Shown one piece after another: positions 9,101 to 19,128 of a stretch of 64,000 nucleotides of DNA. The notes under the pieces are model-generated. The model had not been told where the DNA came from. It worked only from the letters and a program-made list of their open reading frames with translations, and did no database searches. A program made the translations under genes and the position numbers. Position 1 is the stretch's first letter. Every line of letters starts with the position of its first letter. The DNA lies in assembly GCA_965242525.1 (NCBI GenBank), contig OZ251459.1, forward strand, positions 2,176,001 to 2,240,000. The letters run 5' to 3'. This DNA comes from an uncultured Candidatus Binatia bacterium (GTDB lineage Bacteria > Desulfobacterota > Binatia > UBA9968 > JAJDTQ01).

Positions 9101-10861
9101 ATGCGGTTCAGCGACGCGGACATCGAGCACCGGTTGCGCTTGGGCGAGGACAGCGCCTGGGAGTTCAAGCAGGTCGAGTTCGCCGGGAACCGTCCGAGCC
9201 GCCCGAGCCGGGACGACTGGGCGGACGAGATCGCGGCGTTCGCCAATGCGCGCGGCGGCGTGTTGCTCTGCGGCGTCAGCGACGATGGACAGGCGCAGGA
9301 CATGTCGCGGGAGCAGATGGCCGCACTGGATGCCTTGCTCGTGGAAGTCAGCACCGATTCCATCAAACCGCCGGTACGCGTCCAGACATGGCACAGGATG
9401 CTGCCGGAGGGCAGGCGGGTGCTGCTGCTCGAAGTCCCGGAGAGCGACTCGCAGCACGACAGCCCTGGCGGAAGCTACCTTCGAGTAGGCGCCTCGAAGC
9501 GCAGGATGACGAACGACGAGCGATTGCGTCTGGCGCAGCGGCGGGGACAGGCGCGGTTCCGCTGGTTCGACGAACAGACCGTCCCGAATACGGGCTTCCG
9601 AACGCTGGACGAGTCCCTGTGGCGGCATCTGCTCAGCGCCGAGGGCGCGGCGAATCCCGAGGCGGCGCTTGAAAAACTGGCGCTCCTGGCGCCCGACGAG
9701 GCCGGGGTCATGCGGGCAACCGTGACCGGCGTGTTGCTGTGCACCCGGAACCCGGAGGAGCGGCTGCCCAACGTCGGCATTACGGCGACGCACTATCGGG
9801 GAAGGGACCGCGCCTCCGGCCAGATCGACGCACGCGAGATCGGCGGCCCGCTGGACCAGCAGGTTGCGGACGCGATGGTCTTCGTGGCGCGGAACATGCG
9901 GGTGGCGGCGCGCAAGGAGCCGGCCCGCGTGGACGTGCCGGAATACAGCGACCGTGCGCTGTTCGAAGCCCTGGTCAACGCAGTGGCGCATCGCGACTAT
10001 TCCATGCGCGGCAGCCGCATCCGGCTTTCCATGTTCGAAGACCGCCTGGAGATCCAGTCGCCCGGCTCGCTGCCGAACAACCTGACGGTGGACAGCATGG
10101 CGACGCGGCAAGCCGCCCGCAACCAGACGTTGACCTCCGTGCTCGGGCGCATGCCGGTGGGAGGAATCCGGGGTTCCGAGGAAAGACGGTATTTCATGGA
10201 ACGGCGCGGGGACGGCGTTCCGATCATCCTGCGCGAAACCCGGGGGCTTTGCGGGAGACCGCCCGAATACCGGGTGATCGACGACGCGGAAGTCTGCCTC
10301 GTCATTCCCGCGGCGCCGCAGGAGCCGAGCCCCGTCCGCGCCGTCGTCAGCGTGCAGTGCGCCGGGAAGCCGCTGGCGGATGTGGACGTGCTGGCGCTGT
10401 TTCCCAACGACACATGGAAACGCGCCGCCACCGACGAACACGGAGAGGCGCGCCTGGAACTGCACTCCGGCCGTCTGCCGATGACGGTGTTCGCCGCGGC
10501 AACGGGTTTCTCCGCCCATGTCCGTCTCGACTGGCTGCCCGCGGAGGAGGGCCGTCTCCGTCTCGAACTGGATGCCTTGCCCGGCGGCGGCGCAGTCATC
10601 CTCACCGAGGACACCGGCGCGCTCCCGGGGCTCAAGGGAACGTTGAATCCCGTCCGCGACGCCCTCGACCGCACCTGGCTGTACGCCTCCAACATCGCCG
10701 TCAACCAGGGCCAGCCCCAGCCCGTGCACTTCATTCCCGGCGAAGACCTGCGCCTCACGGACGCCGACGGAAACGAGGCGTGGGCGCGTATCGTCGCCGT
10801 CACCGGCAGGTCGTCGCTGGTGGAGTACCGCCCGGCGGCGAAGCAGGGTCAAGTGAAGTAG
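9101..10861 (+). CDS. AlbA_2 (Schlafen-like) + HATPase_c_4 domain protein
   Basis: GEDSAWEFK, IAAFANARGG, EALVNAVAHRDY, IQSPGSLP, MERRGDGV. Confidence 0.88.
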   Translation: MRFSDADIEHRLRLGEDSAWEFKQVEFAGNRPSRPSRDDWADEIAAFANARGGVLLCGVSDDGQAQDMSREQMAALDALLVEVSTDSIKPPVRVQTWHRMLPEGRRVLLLEVPESDSQHDSPGGSYLRVGASKRRMTNDERLRLAQRRGQARFRWFDEQTVPNTGFRTLDESLWRHLLSAEGAANPEAALEKLALLAPDEAGVMRATVTGVLLCTRNPEERLPNVGITATHYRGRDRASGQIDAREIGGPLDQQVADAMVFVARNMRVAARKEPARVDVPEYSDRALFEALVNAVAHRDYSMRGSRIRLSMFEDRLEIQSPGSLPNNLTVDSMATRQAARNQTLTSVLGRMPVGGIRGSEERRYFMERRGDGVPIILRETRGLCGRPPEYRVIDDAEVCLVIPAAPQEPSPVRAVVSVQCAGKPLADVDVLALFPNDTWKRAATDEHGEARLELHSGRLPMTVFAAATGFSAHVRLDWLPAEEGRLRLELDALPGGGAVILTEDTGALPGLKGTLNPVRDALDRTWLYASNIAVNQGQPQPVHFIPGEDLRLTDADGNEAWARIVAVTGRSSLVEYRPAAKQGQVK

Positions 10862-10878
10862 AGGGGAGAGATTTCGCC

Positions 10879-11112
10879 ATGCTCACGTCCGCGATTACCT
10901 CGAAGGGCCGGACGACGCTGCCCAAACCGGTTCGGGAGGCCCTTGGAGTGGGGGCCGGAAACCGTGTGCGCTACGTCATCCTCGACAACGAGGTTCGGGT
11001 TCTGCCCATGCGGCCCATCGGGCGGTTGTTCGGCGCACTGAAGCACGACGGCCCGCGGGTTACGGTGGAGGACATGGAACGCGCCATCACGGAAGGGGCG
11101 TGCGAGGAATGA
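10879..11112 (+). CDS. AbrB/MazE/SpoVT family antitoxin
   Basis: SAITSKGRTTLPKPVREALGVGAG; RBS GGAGAG. Confidence 0.85.
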   Translation: MLTSAITSKGRTTLPKPVREALGVGAGNRVRYVILDNEVRVLPMRPIGRLFGALKHDGPRVTVEDMERAITEGACEE

Positions 11113-12440
11113 GCGCGTTGGACACCAACTCCGCAGCCAGTAGAAAACCGCCGGCTAGCTGGCTCTATCGTCCACTGTTTCCGGCTCATTGGGAGCGCAG
11201 GCCACTTTACTCCATGGCGCAATGGGTCAACGGACTGGCCTATCGGAATATCGAGTTCAGTGCGGCGGGACGCCCGATTATCAAGATCGCAGAGATCAAG
11301 GGCGGCATCTCGGATCAAACCAGGTTTACATATCAAAACTTCGACGAATCGGTACGCGTGCGTGCAGGCGACCTATTGTTTTCCTGGTCTGGACAGCCGG
11401 AAACTTCCATTGATGCGTTCCGGTGGCGTGGTCCGGAAGGCTGGTTGAACCAACATATCTTTCGTGTCACTCCCGCCGCCGGAATCGATGCCACCTTCTT
11501 TTTCTATCTCTTGCGATACCTGAATGCTCATTTCGTTGCCATTGCACGGAACAAGCAGACGATAGGTCTCGGACACGTCACAAAGCACGACCTGGAAAAT
11601 ATCGAGGCGGCTCTACCCGACCGCCAGGAGCAACGCGCCATCGCTCACATCCTGGGCACGCTGGACGACAAGATCGAGTTGAACCGGCGCATGAACGAGA
11701 CGCTGGAGGCCATGGCGCGGGCGCTGTTCCAGTCATGGTTCGTCGATTTCGATCCCGTGCACGCCAAGATGGAAGGCCGTGATACCGGCCTCCCCAAGCC
11801 AATCTCCGACCTCTTCCCCGATCACCTCGTGGATTCCGAGCGTGGCGAGATCCCCGAGGGATGGAAAATCAAGTCCCTGAGAGAATGTTTCCGTCTTACG
11901 ATGGGGCAATCACCCCCGGGCAACACCTACAATGACCGTAGCGACGGGTTGCCTTTCTTTCAGGGACGAACTGACTTCGGGTTTCGATTTCCCGAGAATC
12001 GGAAATTCTGCACTGCTCCAACGCGGGTCGCTCAACCTGGGGATACGCTTGTCAGTGTCAGAGCGCCCGTGGGAGACATCAACATGGCATGGGAAGAATG
12101 CTGCATTGGACGCGGCGTTGCCGCACTCCGGCACCAGTCGGGTTCAAGCTCGTTCACCTATTACTCGGCTTGGGCAGTACAGAACAAAATCAGAGAGTAT
12201 GAGGACACGGGTACGGTGTTCGGAGCCATCAATCGAAAACAATTTGAAGCACTCCAGACGCTGGAACCCTCACCGGATATTGTCAATGCGTTCGACGCCC
12301 AAGCTGGACCGGTAGATGTCCGCATCAGGAACAACGTAACCGAGTCCCGAATCCTTACGACCCTGAGAGAAATCTTGCTGCCCAAGTTGATCTCCGGCGA
12401 AACCCGCCTCCGAGACGCCGCGGAGCAGGCGGATTTGTAG
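11109..12440 (+). CDS. hsdS: Type I restriction-modification specificity subunit (orphan, VapC-like N-terminal stub)
   Basis: Two TRDs; EQRAIAHILGTLDDKIELNRRMNETLEAMARALFQSWF and LREILLPKLISGE helices. Confidence 0.9.
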   Translation: MSALDTNSAASRKPPASWLYRPLFPAHWERRPLYSMAQWVNGLAYRNIEFSAAGRPIIKIAEIKGGISDQTRFTYQNFDESVRVRAGDLLFSWSGQPETSIDAFRWRGPEGWLNQHIFRVTPAAGIDATFFFYLLRYLNAHFVAIARNKQTIGLGHVTKHDLENIEAALPDRQEQRAIAHILGTLDDKIELNRRMNETLEAMARALFQSWFVDFDPVHAKMEGRDTGLPKPISDLFPDHLVDSERGEIPEGWKIKSLRECFRLTMGQSPPGNTYNDRSDGLPFFQGRTDFGFRFPENRKFCTAPTRVAQPGDTLVSVRAPVGDINMAWEECCIGRGVAALRHQSGSSSFTYYSAWAVQNKIREYEDTGTVFGAINRKQFEALQTLEPSPDIVNAFDAQAGPVDVRIRNNVTESRILTTLREILLPKLISGETRLRDAAEQADL

Positions 12441-12448
12441 GCCATCCC

Positions 12449-12667
12449 ATGAAAAACCAATCGAAGTATTCCAGTTCCGAGACCATCGCCGAGACTTTTC
12501 GATATCTGGGACTTGACGATCCAAAACTGCGCAGTCGATTACGAGGGTTCTCCAAACCGGGGATATCGCCTCCTCGAGTCGAGAGACGCAGCAGCAAACT
12601 TGTCACTCGGAACAACACCGCGCCAGATCAAGGAGACGATCATGCCCAACTGGAATCAACTACTTGA
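12449..12667 (+). CDS. Small hypothetical protein upstream of the ClpP-like protease
   Basis: 72-aa ORF overlapping the next start; no recognised motif. Confidence 0.4.
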   Translation: MKNQSKYSSSETIAETFRYLGLDDPKLRSRLRGFSKPGISPPRVERRSSKLVTRNNTAPDQGDDHAQLESTT

Positions 12668-13368
12668 CGAGATTCGCGCCGCTGGCAGCATGTATGATGT
12701 GGTTCGCCGTCGGTATCTGTCCAGGATCCATGAACTGACCGGTCGAAATGTGATAGTCTATTCCTCAGGTTGGCTTCAAAGAGGCAACTTGCCGGGCGTA
12801 GAGATCAACGATGATGACAAGAACGGATTCATGACCGTCATTCATCAGATGAAGCGCGATATCGGCCTCGATCTTGTCTTGCACACCCCTGGCGGCGATG
12901 CGGCTGCCATCGAATCCATCGTCGATTACCTGCGCTCCATGTTTCAAACAGACATACGGGCGCTCGTGCCACAGCTCGCCATGTCCGGCGGTACGATGAT
13001 TGCATGCGCATGCAAGGAAATATTCATGGGAAAGCAGTCGAGTCTCGGTCCGATTGATCCTCAATTGGGAGGTATTCCAGCCCATGGCTTGGTGGAAGAG
13101 TTCAACCGCGCCAAACTTGTCCATCGAACGATGCCGGGAGATGGGCCTGAAGGTCACCGAACTCGAAAAGAGTCAAGAGCTACAGGACGCGGTACTTTCA
13201 TTGCACCATGCTTGCATGCTCACATTTACAGCTACTTCGGCCTTCAAGATCATCGAAAATCATAGGGGAATTGCATTCATCAAGATGGCACAGCCGGTCC
13301 TGGTCTCCGGGGCGCCGACCGGCAACCCGGAGCCAAGCAGGGCGCCACTGGAGCAACCGGAGAAGTGA
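12642..13368 (+). pseudogene. SDH_sah/ClpP-like serine protease with internal deletion and frameshift
   Basis: LDLVLHTPGGD, AMSGGTMIA and SLGPIDPQ in one frame; the C-terminal LSIERCREMGLKV...KIIENH lies in another frame after about 13115. Confidence 0.75.
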
Positions 13369-13419
13369 TCGCCTTGGGGAATCGCAAAGCGGCGCTTCGG
13401 CAATCCCGGAGATGGTACA

Positions 13420-14661
13420 ATGATCCCGATGATCCCACAGCCCCATGAACCACCGCGCGTCCAGCGCTTGAAAGTCCGTAACTTCCGCGCCTTGCGGGAG
13501 GTCGAGATCAGGAACCTGACGCCGATGACGGTGCTGCTCGGTCCCAATGGCAGCGGCAAGTCCACCGTGTTCGACGTGTTTGCGTTCCTCTCGGAGTGCT
13601 TCGCATCCGGACTTCGGCGCGCATGGGACCGTCGCGGCCGGGCCAGGGAGATCAGGACCCGCGACGCCGAAGGGCCGATGACGATCGAGCTTCAATACCG
13701 CGAGCAGCCGAAACCGCCGCTCATCACCTACCACTTGGAAGTGGACGAGCACCGGGGCGCGCCGGTGGTCGTCCACGAATGGCTGCAATGGACGCGGGGC
13801 AGAGCAGGGAAGCCGTTCCGTTTCCTCGAATACCGGAACGGCTTGGGCAAAGCGACCAGCGGCGAGGCGCCCGATGCGGAAGACGAGAGGCGGGAGATCC
13901 CGCTCAAATCGCCTGATCTGCTGGCGGTCAACGCGCTTGGGCAGTTCCAGGAACACCCGCGCGTGGCGGCGCTTCGCGACTTCATCATGGGCTGGCACGT
14001 TTCGTACCTCTCCGCAGACAGTGCGCGCGGCCAACCCGAAGCGGGGCCGCAGGAACGGTTGACCACCACCGGCGACAACCTCGCCAACGTGGTCCAGTAC
14101 CTGAGCGAGCAGCATCCGGCGCGGCTCGACGCCGTCTTCGAGACGCTGCGCAGGCGCGTGCCTCGTATCGATCGCATGTGGACCGAGCTCATGCCGGACG
14201 GCCGGCTGTTGCTGCAAATCAAGGACGCCCCGTTCAGCCACCCGGTTCTGTCGCGCTTCGCCTCCGACGGCACACTGAAGATGCTGGCCTACCTGGTGCT
14301 GCTGCACGACCCGGAACCGCCGCCGTTCATCGGTATCGAGGAGCCGGAAAACTTCCTGCACCCGCGGTTGCTTCCCGAGTTGGCGGAGGAGTGCCGCGCG
14401 GCCTGCGAGCGCACGCAGTTGATGGTCACTACCCACTCGCCGTTCTTCCTGAACGCGCTGAGACCCGAGGAAGTCCGCGTCCTGTGGCGCGACGAAGCGG
14501 GCCATACGCGGGTGCAGCGGGTCGCCGACCTGGACCGTGTCCGTGCTTTCGTGGATGAAGGCGCACTGCTCGGCGATCTGTGGATGGAAGGCCAGTTCGG
14601 CGTGGGCGATCCGTTGACCCGGCATGGAGCTCCGGCGCGCGGCAGCGGAGATCGTCGATGA
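13420..14661 (+). CDS. AAA_21 ABC-type ATPase
   Basis: [32 protein letters not shown]. Confidence 0.9.
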   Translation: MIPMIPQPHEPPRVQRLKVRNFRALREVEIRNLTPMTVLLGPNGSGKSTVFDVFAFLSECFASGLRRAWDRRGRAREIRTRDAEGPMTIELQYREQPKPPLITYHLEVDEHRGAPVVVHEWLQWTRGRAGKPFRFLEYRNGLGKATSGEAPDAEDERREIPLKSPDLLAVNALGQFQEHPRVAALRDFIMGWHVSYLSADSARGQPEAGPQERLTTTGDNLANVVQYLSEQHPARLDAVFETLRRRVPRIDRMWTELMPDGRLLLQIKDAPFSHPVLSRFASDGTLKMLAYLVLLHDPEPPPFIGIEEPENFLHPRLLPELAEECRAACERTQLMVTTHSPFFLNALRPEEVRVLWRDEAGHTRVQRVADLDRVRAFVDEGALLGDLWMEGQFGVGDPLTRHGAPARGSGDRR

Positions 14662-15275
14662 CGGCCGCGCGGCACCTGGAGTTCCTGGTCGAAGAACAGT
14701 CGATGGAGGCTTTTCTGCGAGGACTGCTACCGCGCCTGCTTCCCGAAGGCTGCACGTTCGAAATTCGTGTATTCCAAGGCAAACGCGATCTGATGCGACG
14801 ACTCGATAGTCGTCTGCGCGGCTACAGACACTGGCTGTCCGATGAATACCGGCTCGTGGTGATGGTCGATTGCGACCGTGACGATTGCCGAACGCTCAAG
14901 GCGCGGCTCGAAGATGCGGCAGCCGGTTCGGGACTGCACACTCGTTCGCGAGCCGAAGATGACCGCTGGCAGGTGCTCAACCGCATCGTGATCGAAGAAC
15001 TGGAGGCGTGGTATTTCGGCGATTGGGAAGCTGTGCGCAACGCCTTTCCCCGAGTGTCTTCCACAATCCCGAATAAACCGCGTTACGGGAAACCCGACGC
15101 GATCCCGGACACATGGGAGGAATTCGGGCGCATACTGAAAAAGCACGGATACCACAGGGCCGGGCTGCGCAAGATCGAAGCCGCACGGCTCATCGCGCCG
15201 AAGATCAATCCGGCGCGCAACCGTTCGCCGAGCTTTGCGGCCTTTCGCGATGTCCTCGCCGAGGCGACCGCATGA
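14658..15275 (+). CDS. DUF4276 family (TOPRIM-like) protein
   Basis: [27 protein letters not shown] and NRSPSF motifs; ATGA overlap with the ATPase. Confidence 0.82.
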   Translation: MTAARHLEFLVEEQSMEAFLRGLLPRLLPEGCTFEIRVFQGKRDLMRRLDSRLRGYRHWLSDEYRLVVMVDCDRDDCRTLKARLEDAAAGSGLHTRSRAEDDRWQVLNRIVIEELEAWYFGDWEAVRNAFPRVSSTIPNKPRYGKPDAIPDTWEEFGRILKKHGYHRAGLRKIEAARLIAPKINPARNRSPSFAAFRDVLAEATA

Positions 15276-15354
15276 GGCGCCTGCCGACCGGGAGCGGCGG
15301 CGCATAACGGGACGACGGGCGGCGCGGCACAGGGACGGCGCAAGGACAGAATCG

Positions 15355-16953
15355 ATGACACAATCGGAAACGGGTTCGGACCCGCGCGCAGCGCGGCGGA
15401 AACTCCCCATCGGTATCCAGACCTTCCGCGAGATCCGCGAAGACGGCTGCTACTACGTGGACAAGACCGCCTACGTCCAGCGGCTGGTGGACGAAGGCAA
15501 GCACTACTTCCTGTCGCGTCCGCGACGCTTCGGCAAGAGCCTCCTGGTGGACACCATCAAAGAGCTGTTCGAAGGCAACGAGCCGCTGTTTCGGGGTCTC
15601 GCCATCCACGACAGGTGGGACTGGTCCGCTCCTCGTCCCGTGCTGCGCTTCGACTTCGGGGACGGCGGCTATGACGAACCCGGCCTCGTGCACAAGGAGG
15701 CCGCGGCGCGCCTGGGCGCCCTGGAGCGGGGGTTCGCGGTCGCCCCCCACGACGACATCGCCCCGGCCCGTTTCCGGCACCTGTTGCAGACGCTGCACGA
15801 ACGCACCGGCCGGCGGGCCGCGGTGCTGATCGACGAATACGACAAGCCGATCCTGGACGCGCTGAGGTCGCCGGAGACAGCCCGCGCCAACCGCGACTTT
15901 CTGCACGGGTTGTACTCCGTCATCAAGTCCGCGGACGCACACGTCGAATTCACCCTGCTCACCGGGGTGAGCAAGTTCTCCAAGGTCAGCCTGTTCTCGG
16001 GCTTGAACAACCTCAAGGACATCACCCTGGACCCGCGCTACTCCGCCATCTGCGGCTACACCGAGGCGGACCTCGACACGGTGTTCGCCCCGGAGTTGCT
16101 GGGACTGGACCGGGGCGAGATCCGCCGCTGGTACAACGGCTACGGCTGGCTCGGCGACGAGAAGGTCTATAACCCCTTCGACATCCTCCTGCTCTTCGAC
16201 ACCCGACGGTTCAAGGCATGGTGGTTCGAGACCGGCACGCCGACGTTCCTCATCGACACGCTGCTGGAGCGGGGGGTCGGCTCGCTGGCCCTCGAGGACA
16301 TGCTCGGCGACGATGCCTTGCTGTCCGCCTTCGACGTGGGCGCCATCGCCACCGAGGCGCTGCTGTTCCAGACCGGCTACCTCACCATCCATGACGAACG
16401 GGACGTGGGCGGAGAGGCCGCTTACCGGCTGGGCTATCCCAACCGGGAGGTGCGCCAGAGCCTGAACCGGAGCCTGTTGAGCCGCCTCGCGGACGATCCA
16501 TCCGGCCCGACAGGGCACCGCGTCCGGCTGTACGACCTGTTGCGGGACAACGATTTCGACGGCATGGAGGCGCTGCTCAGGGCATTCTTCGCCGGGATTC
16601 CGTACCAGTGGCATACGAAGAACGACATCGCCGACTACGAAGGCTACTACGCGAGCGTGTTCTACGCCCTGTTCGCGTCCGCGGGGCTGGACATGACGGT
16701 GGAAGACAGCAGCAGCCGCGGGCGGGTGGAACTCACGGTGCGCCTCGACGGCAGCGTGTACCTGTTCGAGTTCAAGGTGGTGGACCCGGCCCCCCCGGGG
16801 TCGTCGGCGCAGCAAAGCGCCGCGATGACCCAGTTGCGCGAGCGGGGCTATGCGGACAAGCACCGGAGTTCCGGCCGGCCGATCCACCTGATCGCAGTGG
16901 AGTTCAGCAAGGAGACCCGCAACCTGGCCGTGTTCGAGGCAGCGCCGGCCTGA
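15355..16953 (+). CDS. AAA-ATPase-like + PD-(D/E)XK nuclease (PDDEXK_9) protein
   Basis: RKLPIGIQTF, SRPRRFGKS, IDEYDKP, TGVSKFSK, GRVEL...FEFK. Confidence 0.9.
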   Translation: MTQSETGSDPRAARRKLPIGIQTFREIREDGCYYVDKTAYVQRLVDEGKHYFLSRPRRFGKSLLVDTIKELFEGNEPLFRGLAIHDRWDWSAPRPVLRFDFGDGGYDEPGLVHKEAAARLGALERGFAVAPHDDIAPARFRHLLQTLHERTGRRAAVLIDEYDKPILDALRSPETARANRDFLHGLYSVIKSADAHVEFTLLTGVSKFSKVSLFSGLNNLKDITLDPRYSAICGYTEADLDTVFAPELLGLDRGEIRRWYNGYGWLGDEKVYNPFDILLLFDTRRFKAWWFETGTPTFLIDTLLERGVGSLALEDMLGDDALLSAFDVGAIATEALLFQTGYLTIHDERDVGGEAAYRLGYPNREVRQSLNRSLLSRLADDPSGPTGHRVRLYDLLRDNDFDGMEALLRAFFAGIPYQWHTKNDIADYEGYYASVFYALFASAGLDMTVEDSSSRGRVELTVRLDGSVYLFEFKVVDPAPPGSSAQQSAAMTQLRERGYADKHRSSGRPIHLIAVEFSKETRNLAVFEAAPA

Positions 16954-16979
16954 AGCGCCCGGCCGTACGGCACGCAACG

Positions 16980-17945
16980 TCACCGCCGCCGCACGTGCGG
17001 GTCCAGGGCGTCGCGCAGGCCGTCGCCCATGTAGTTCACGCTCAGGACCGTGAGCGAGATGGCGAGACCCGGCCAGAGGACCCGGGCGGGGGTGATGCCG
17101 AGGAAGGGCACGCCATCGTAGAGCAACCGGCCCCAGGTGGGGAAATCGGACGGGAAACCGAGGCCCAGGAAGCTCAGGGCGCTCTCGGTGATGATGGCAT
17201 GGGCGATGCCGAGGGTGGCCGCCACCGTGATGGGGTTCAGGGCGTTGGGGAGGACGTGCTTCACGATGACGTGGTGCGGCCCCGCGCCCATGCCGCGGGC
17301 GGCGAGTACGAACTCCCGCTGCTTGACCGAGAGCACCTCCCCGCGAACGATGCGCGCGGTCTGCATCCAGCTCGTCATGCCGATGACCGCGACCACCAGG
17401 ACGAATATCCCGAGCTCCGGTCCCAGGGCGGCGCGCAGCGGGTCCCGGAACAGCATGATGGCCACCAGCAGCAGCGGCAGCACCGGCAGGGCCAGGAACA
17501 GGTCGGTGAGCCGCATGAGCGGACCGTCGAGCCTCCGGAAGAAGCCTGCGGTGACGCCGGCGAACGTCCCCAGTGTCAGTGACAGCACCATTGCGCCGAC
17601 TCCCACCGCGAGCGAGACCCGCCCGCCCGCCAGCACCCGGGCCAACATGTCGCGGCCCAGGTTGTCCGTGCCCATGGGGTGGGCCAGCGACATGCCCCGG
17701 TTCCGGGCCGCGTAGTCGAGGTATTGCGGATCCACGCCGTGGACCGCGGACCCGAGCAGCACCGCCAACGCGACCACCGAGAACACCGCGGCGCCGGCCA
17801 GGGCGCCCTTGTGTCGCAGGAACTGGCGCCACACGTCCCGGGCCGGCGAGGGGCGCGCCGGCGCCGCGGCCGGTCTCCGGTCGAGCGAGGGGCCTCCCGA
17901 TCCCGCGGCCGGTTCCCGGGCGGACTCCGGAACCCCGTCAGTCAT
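16980..17945 (-). CDS. Peptide/nickel ABC transporter permease (DppC/OppC-like)
   Basis: HPMGTDNLGRD, EAA-like loop, ESALSFLGLG. Confidence 0.92.
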   Translation of the reverse strand: MTDGVPESAREPAAGSGGPSLDRRPAAAPARPSPARDVWRQFLRHKGALAGAAVFSVVALAVLLGSAVHGVDPQYLDYAARNRGMSLAHPMGTDNLGRDMLARVLAGGRVSLAVGVGAMVLSLTLGTFAGVTAGFFRRLDGPLMRLTDLFLALPVLPLLLVAIMLFRDPLRAALGPELGIFVLVVAVIGMTSWMQTARIVRGEVLSVKQREFVLAARGMGAGPHHVIVKHVLPNALNPITVAATLGIAHAIITESALSFLGLGFPSDFPTWGRLLYDGVPFLGITPARVLWPGLAISLTVLSVNYMGDGLRDALDPHVRRR

Positions 17946-18049
17946 GCCGGTCCCTCGAGTCCGGCGCGCCGCGGCGGCATCCGCCTCCGGATGGAACGCC
18001 GTGACCGGCGCCGCGAAGAGGAACCCCGGGAACGCCGCCGTCCAAGACG

Positions 18050-19063
18050 TCAGTCATACCGGATCCTCGGGTCCAGCACGCCGTAGAGGACGTCCGCTGC
18101 CAGGTTGAACGCCACGATCAGCACCGCGAAGAGGAAGGTCACGGTCTGTACGGTGGGGATGTCCGCGCTCTCGATGGCGCCGATGAGCAACTGGCCCACG
18201 CCGTTGATGCGGAATATCTGCTCGGTGATGATGGCCCCTGCGAAGGTGGACGGCAGCCCCAGGGCCGCCACCGTGACCACTGGGATCATGCTGTTGCGCA
18301 GCACGTGGACCAGGACCACCACCGGCTCGGCCAGCCCCTTGGCCCGGGCCGTGCGCACGTAGTCCCGGTTGAGGTTCTCCAGGACCGCGGAGCGCGTGAA
18401 CCGGCTGAGTTGCGCCGCGTTGAACAGGCCCAGCACCGTCACCGGCATGATCATCTGCTTGACCTGGTAGCCGAAGCTCTCCAGGTCCGTCACTCTATGG
18501 GTGGTGTCGTAGATGGACGGCAGCCAGTCGAGGCCGACGCTGAAGACCACGATGAGCACCGTTCCGGTGAAGAACGTAGGGATGGAGAAACCCACCATGG
18601 TGACGAAGGCGCCCACCTGGTCGAAGACCGAATACTGCCGGTAGGCGGAGAAGACGCCCACCGGCACAGCCAGGACCAACGCCGCCAGGTAGGAGAGGCC
18701 CACCACGGTCAGGGTCTGCGGCAGCCGCTCCGCGATCAGGTCCACCACCGGCGCCCGGGTGGACCAGGAGCGCACGCGCAGGCGCTCCGCGGAGTCGCCG
18801 ACCTCGATCCCCCACAGTCGCTCGACGAGGTTGAGGGGCTCGTTGACCATGAACTGGCCGAGCCACCTGAAATAGCGCACGTGGAACGGTTGCCCGAGCC
18901 CCAGGCTCTCCCGGATGGCTTCCCGGGTCTCCGGAGGGATCGTCAGCGGGAGCCGGGCCGTGGGGTCGTTGGGGGCGAGGTCGAGCAGGGCGAAGACGAT
19001 GAAGCTGATGGCCAGCAGCGTCGGGACCGAGAACAGCAAGCGTCTGGCCGCGTACCTGGACAT
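18050..19063 (-). CDS. Peptide/nickel ABC transporter permease (DppB/OppB-like)
   Basis: DYVRTARAKGL, ITEQIF, LDPRIRY. Confidence 0.92.
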   Translation of the reverse strand: MSRYAARRLLFSVPTLLAISFIVFALLDLAPNDPTARLPLTIPPETREAIRESLGLGQPFHVRYFRWLGQFMVNEPLNLVERLWGIEVGDSAERLRVRSWSTRAPVVDLIAERLPQTLTVVGLSYLAALVLAVPVGVFSAYRQYSVFDQVGAFVTMVGFSIPTFFTGTVLIVVFSVGLDWLPSIYDTTHRVTDLESFGYQVKQMIMPVTVLGLFNAAQLSRFTRSAVLENLNRDYVRTARAKGLAEPVVVLVHVLRNSMIPVVTVAALGLPSTFAGAIITEQIFRINGVGQLLIGAIESADIPTVQTVTFLFAVLIVAFNLAADVLYGVLDPRIRYD

Positions 19064-19128
19064 GGACGGGACCCGTGCGCCCTACCGGCCGGGGAGGGCG
19101 CGGGAGGAGTTGCCGTGCGGGTCCCGGA

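Noticed and set aside
7192-16953. Integron cassette array
   Set aside because: The genes are co-oriented, but no attC-like repeats between genes and no integrase were seen.
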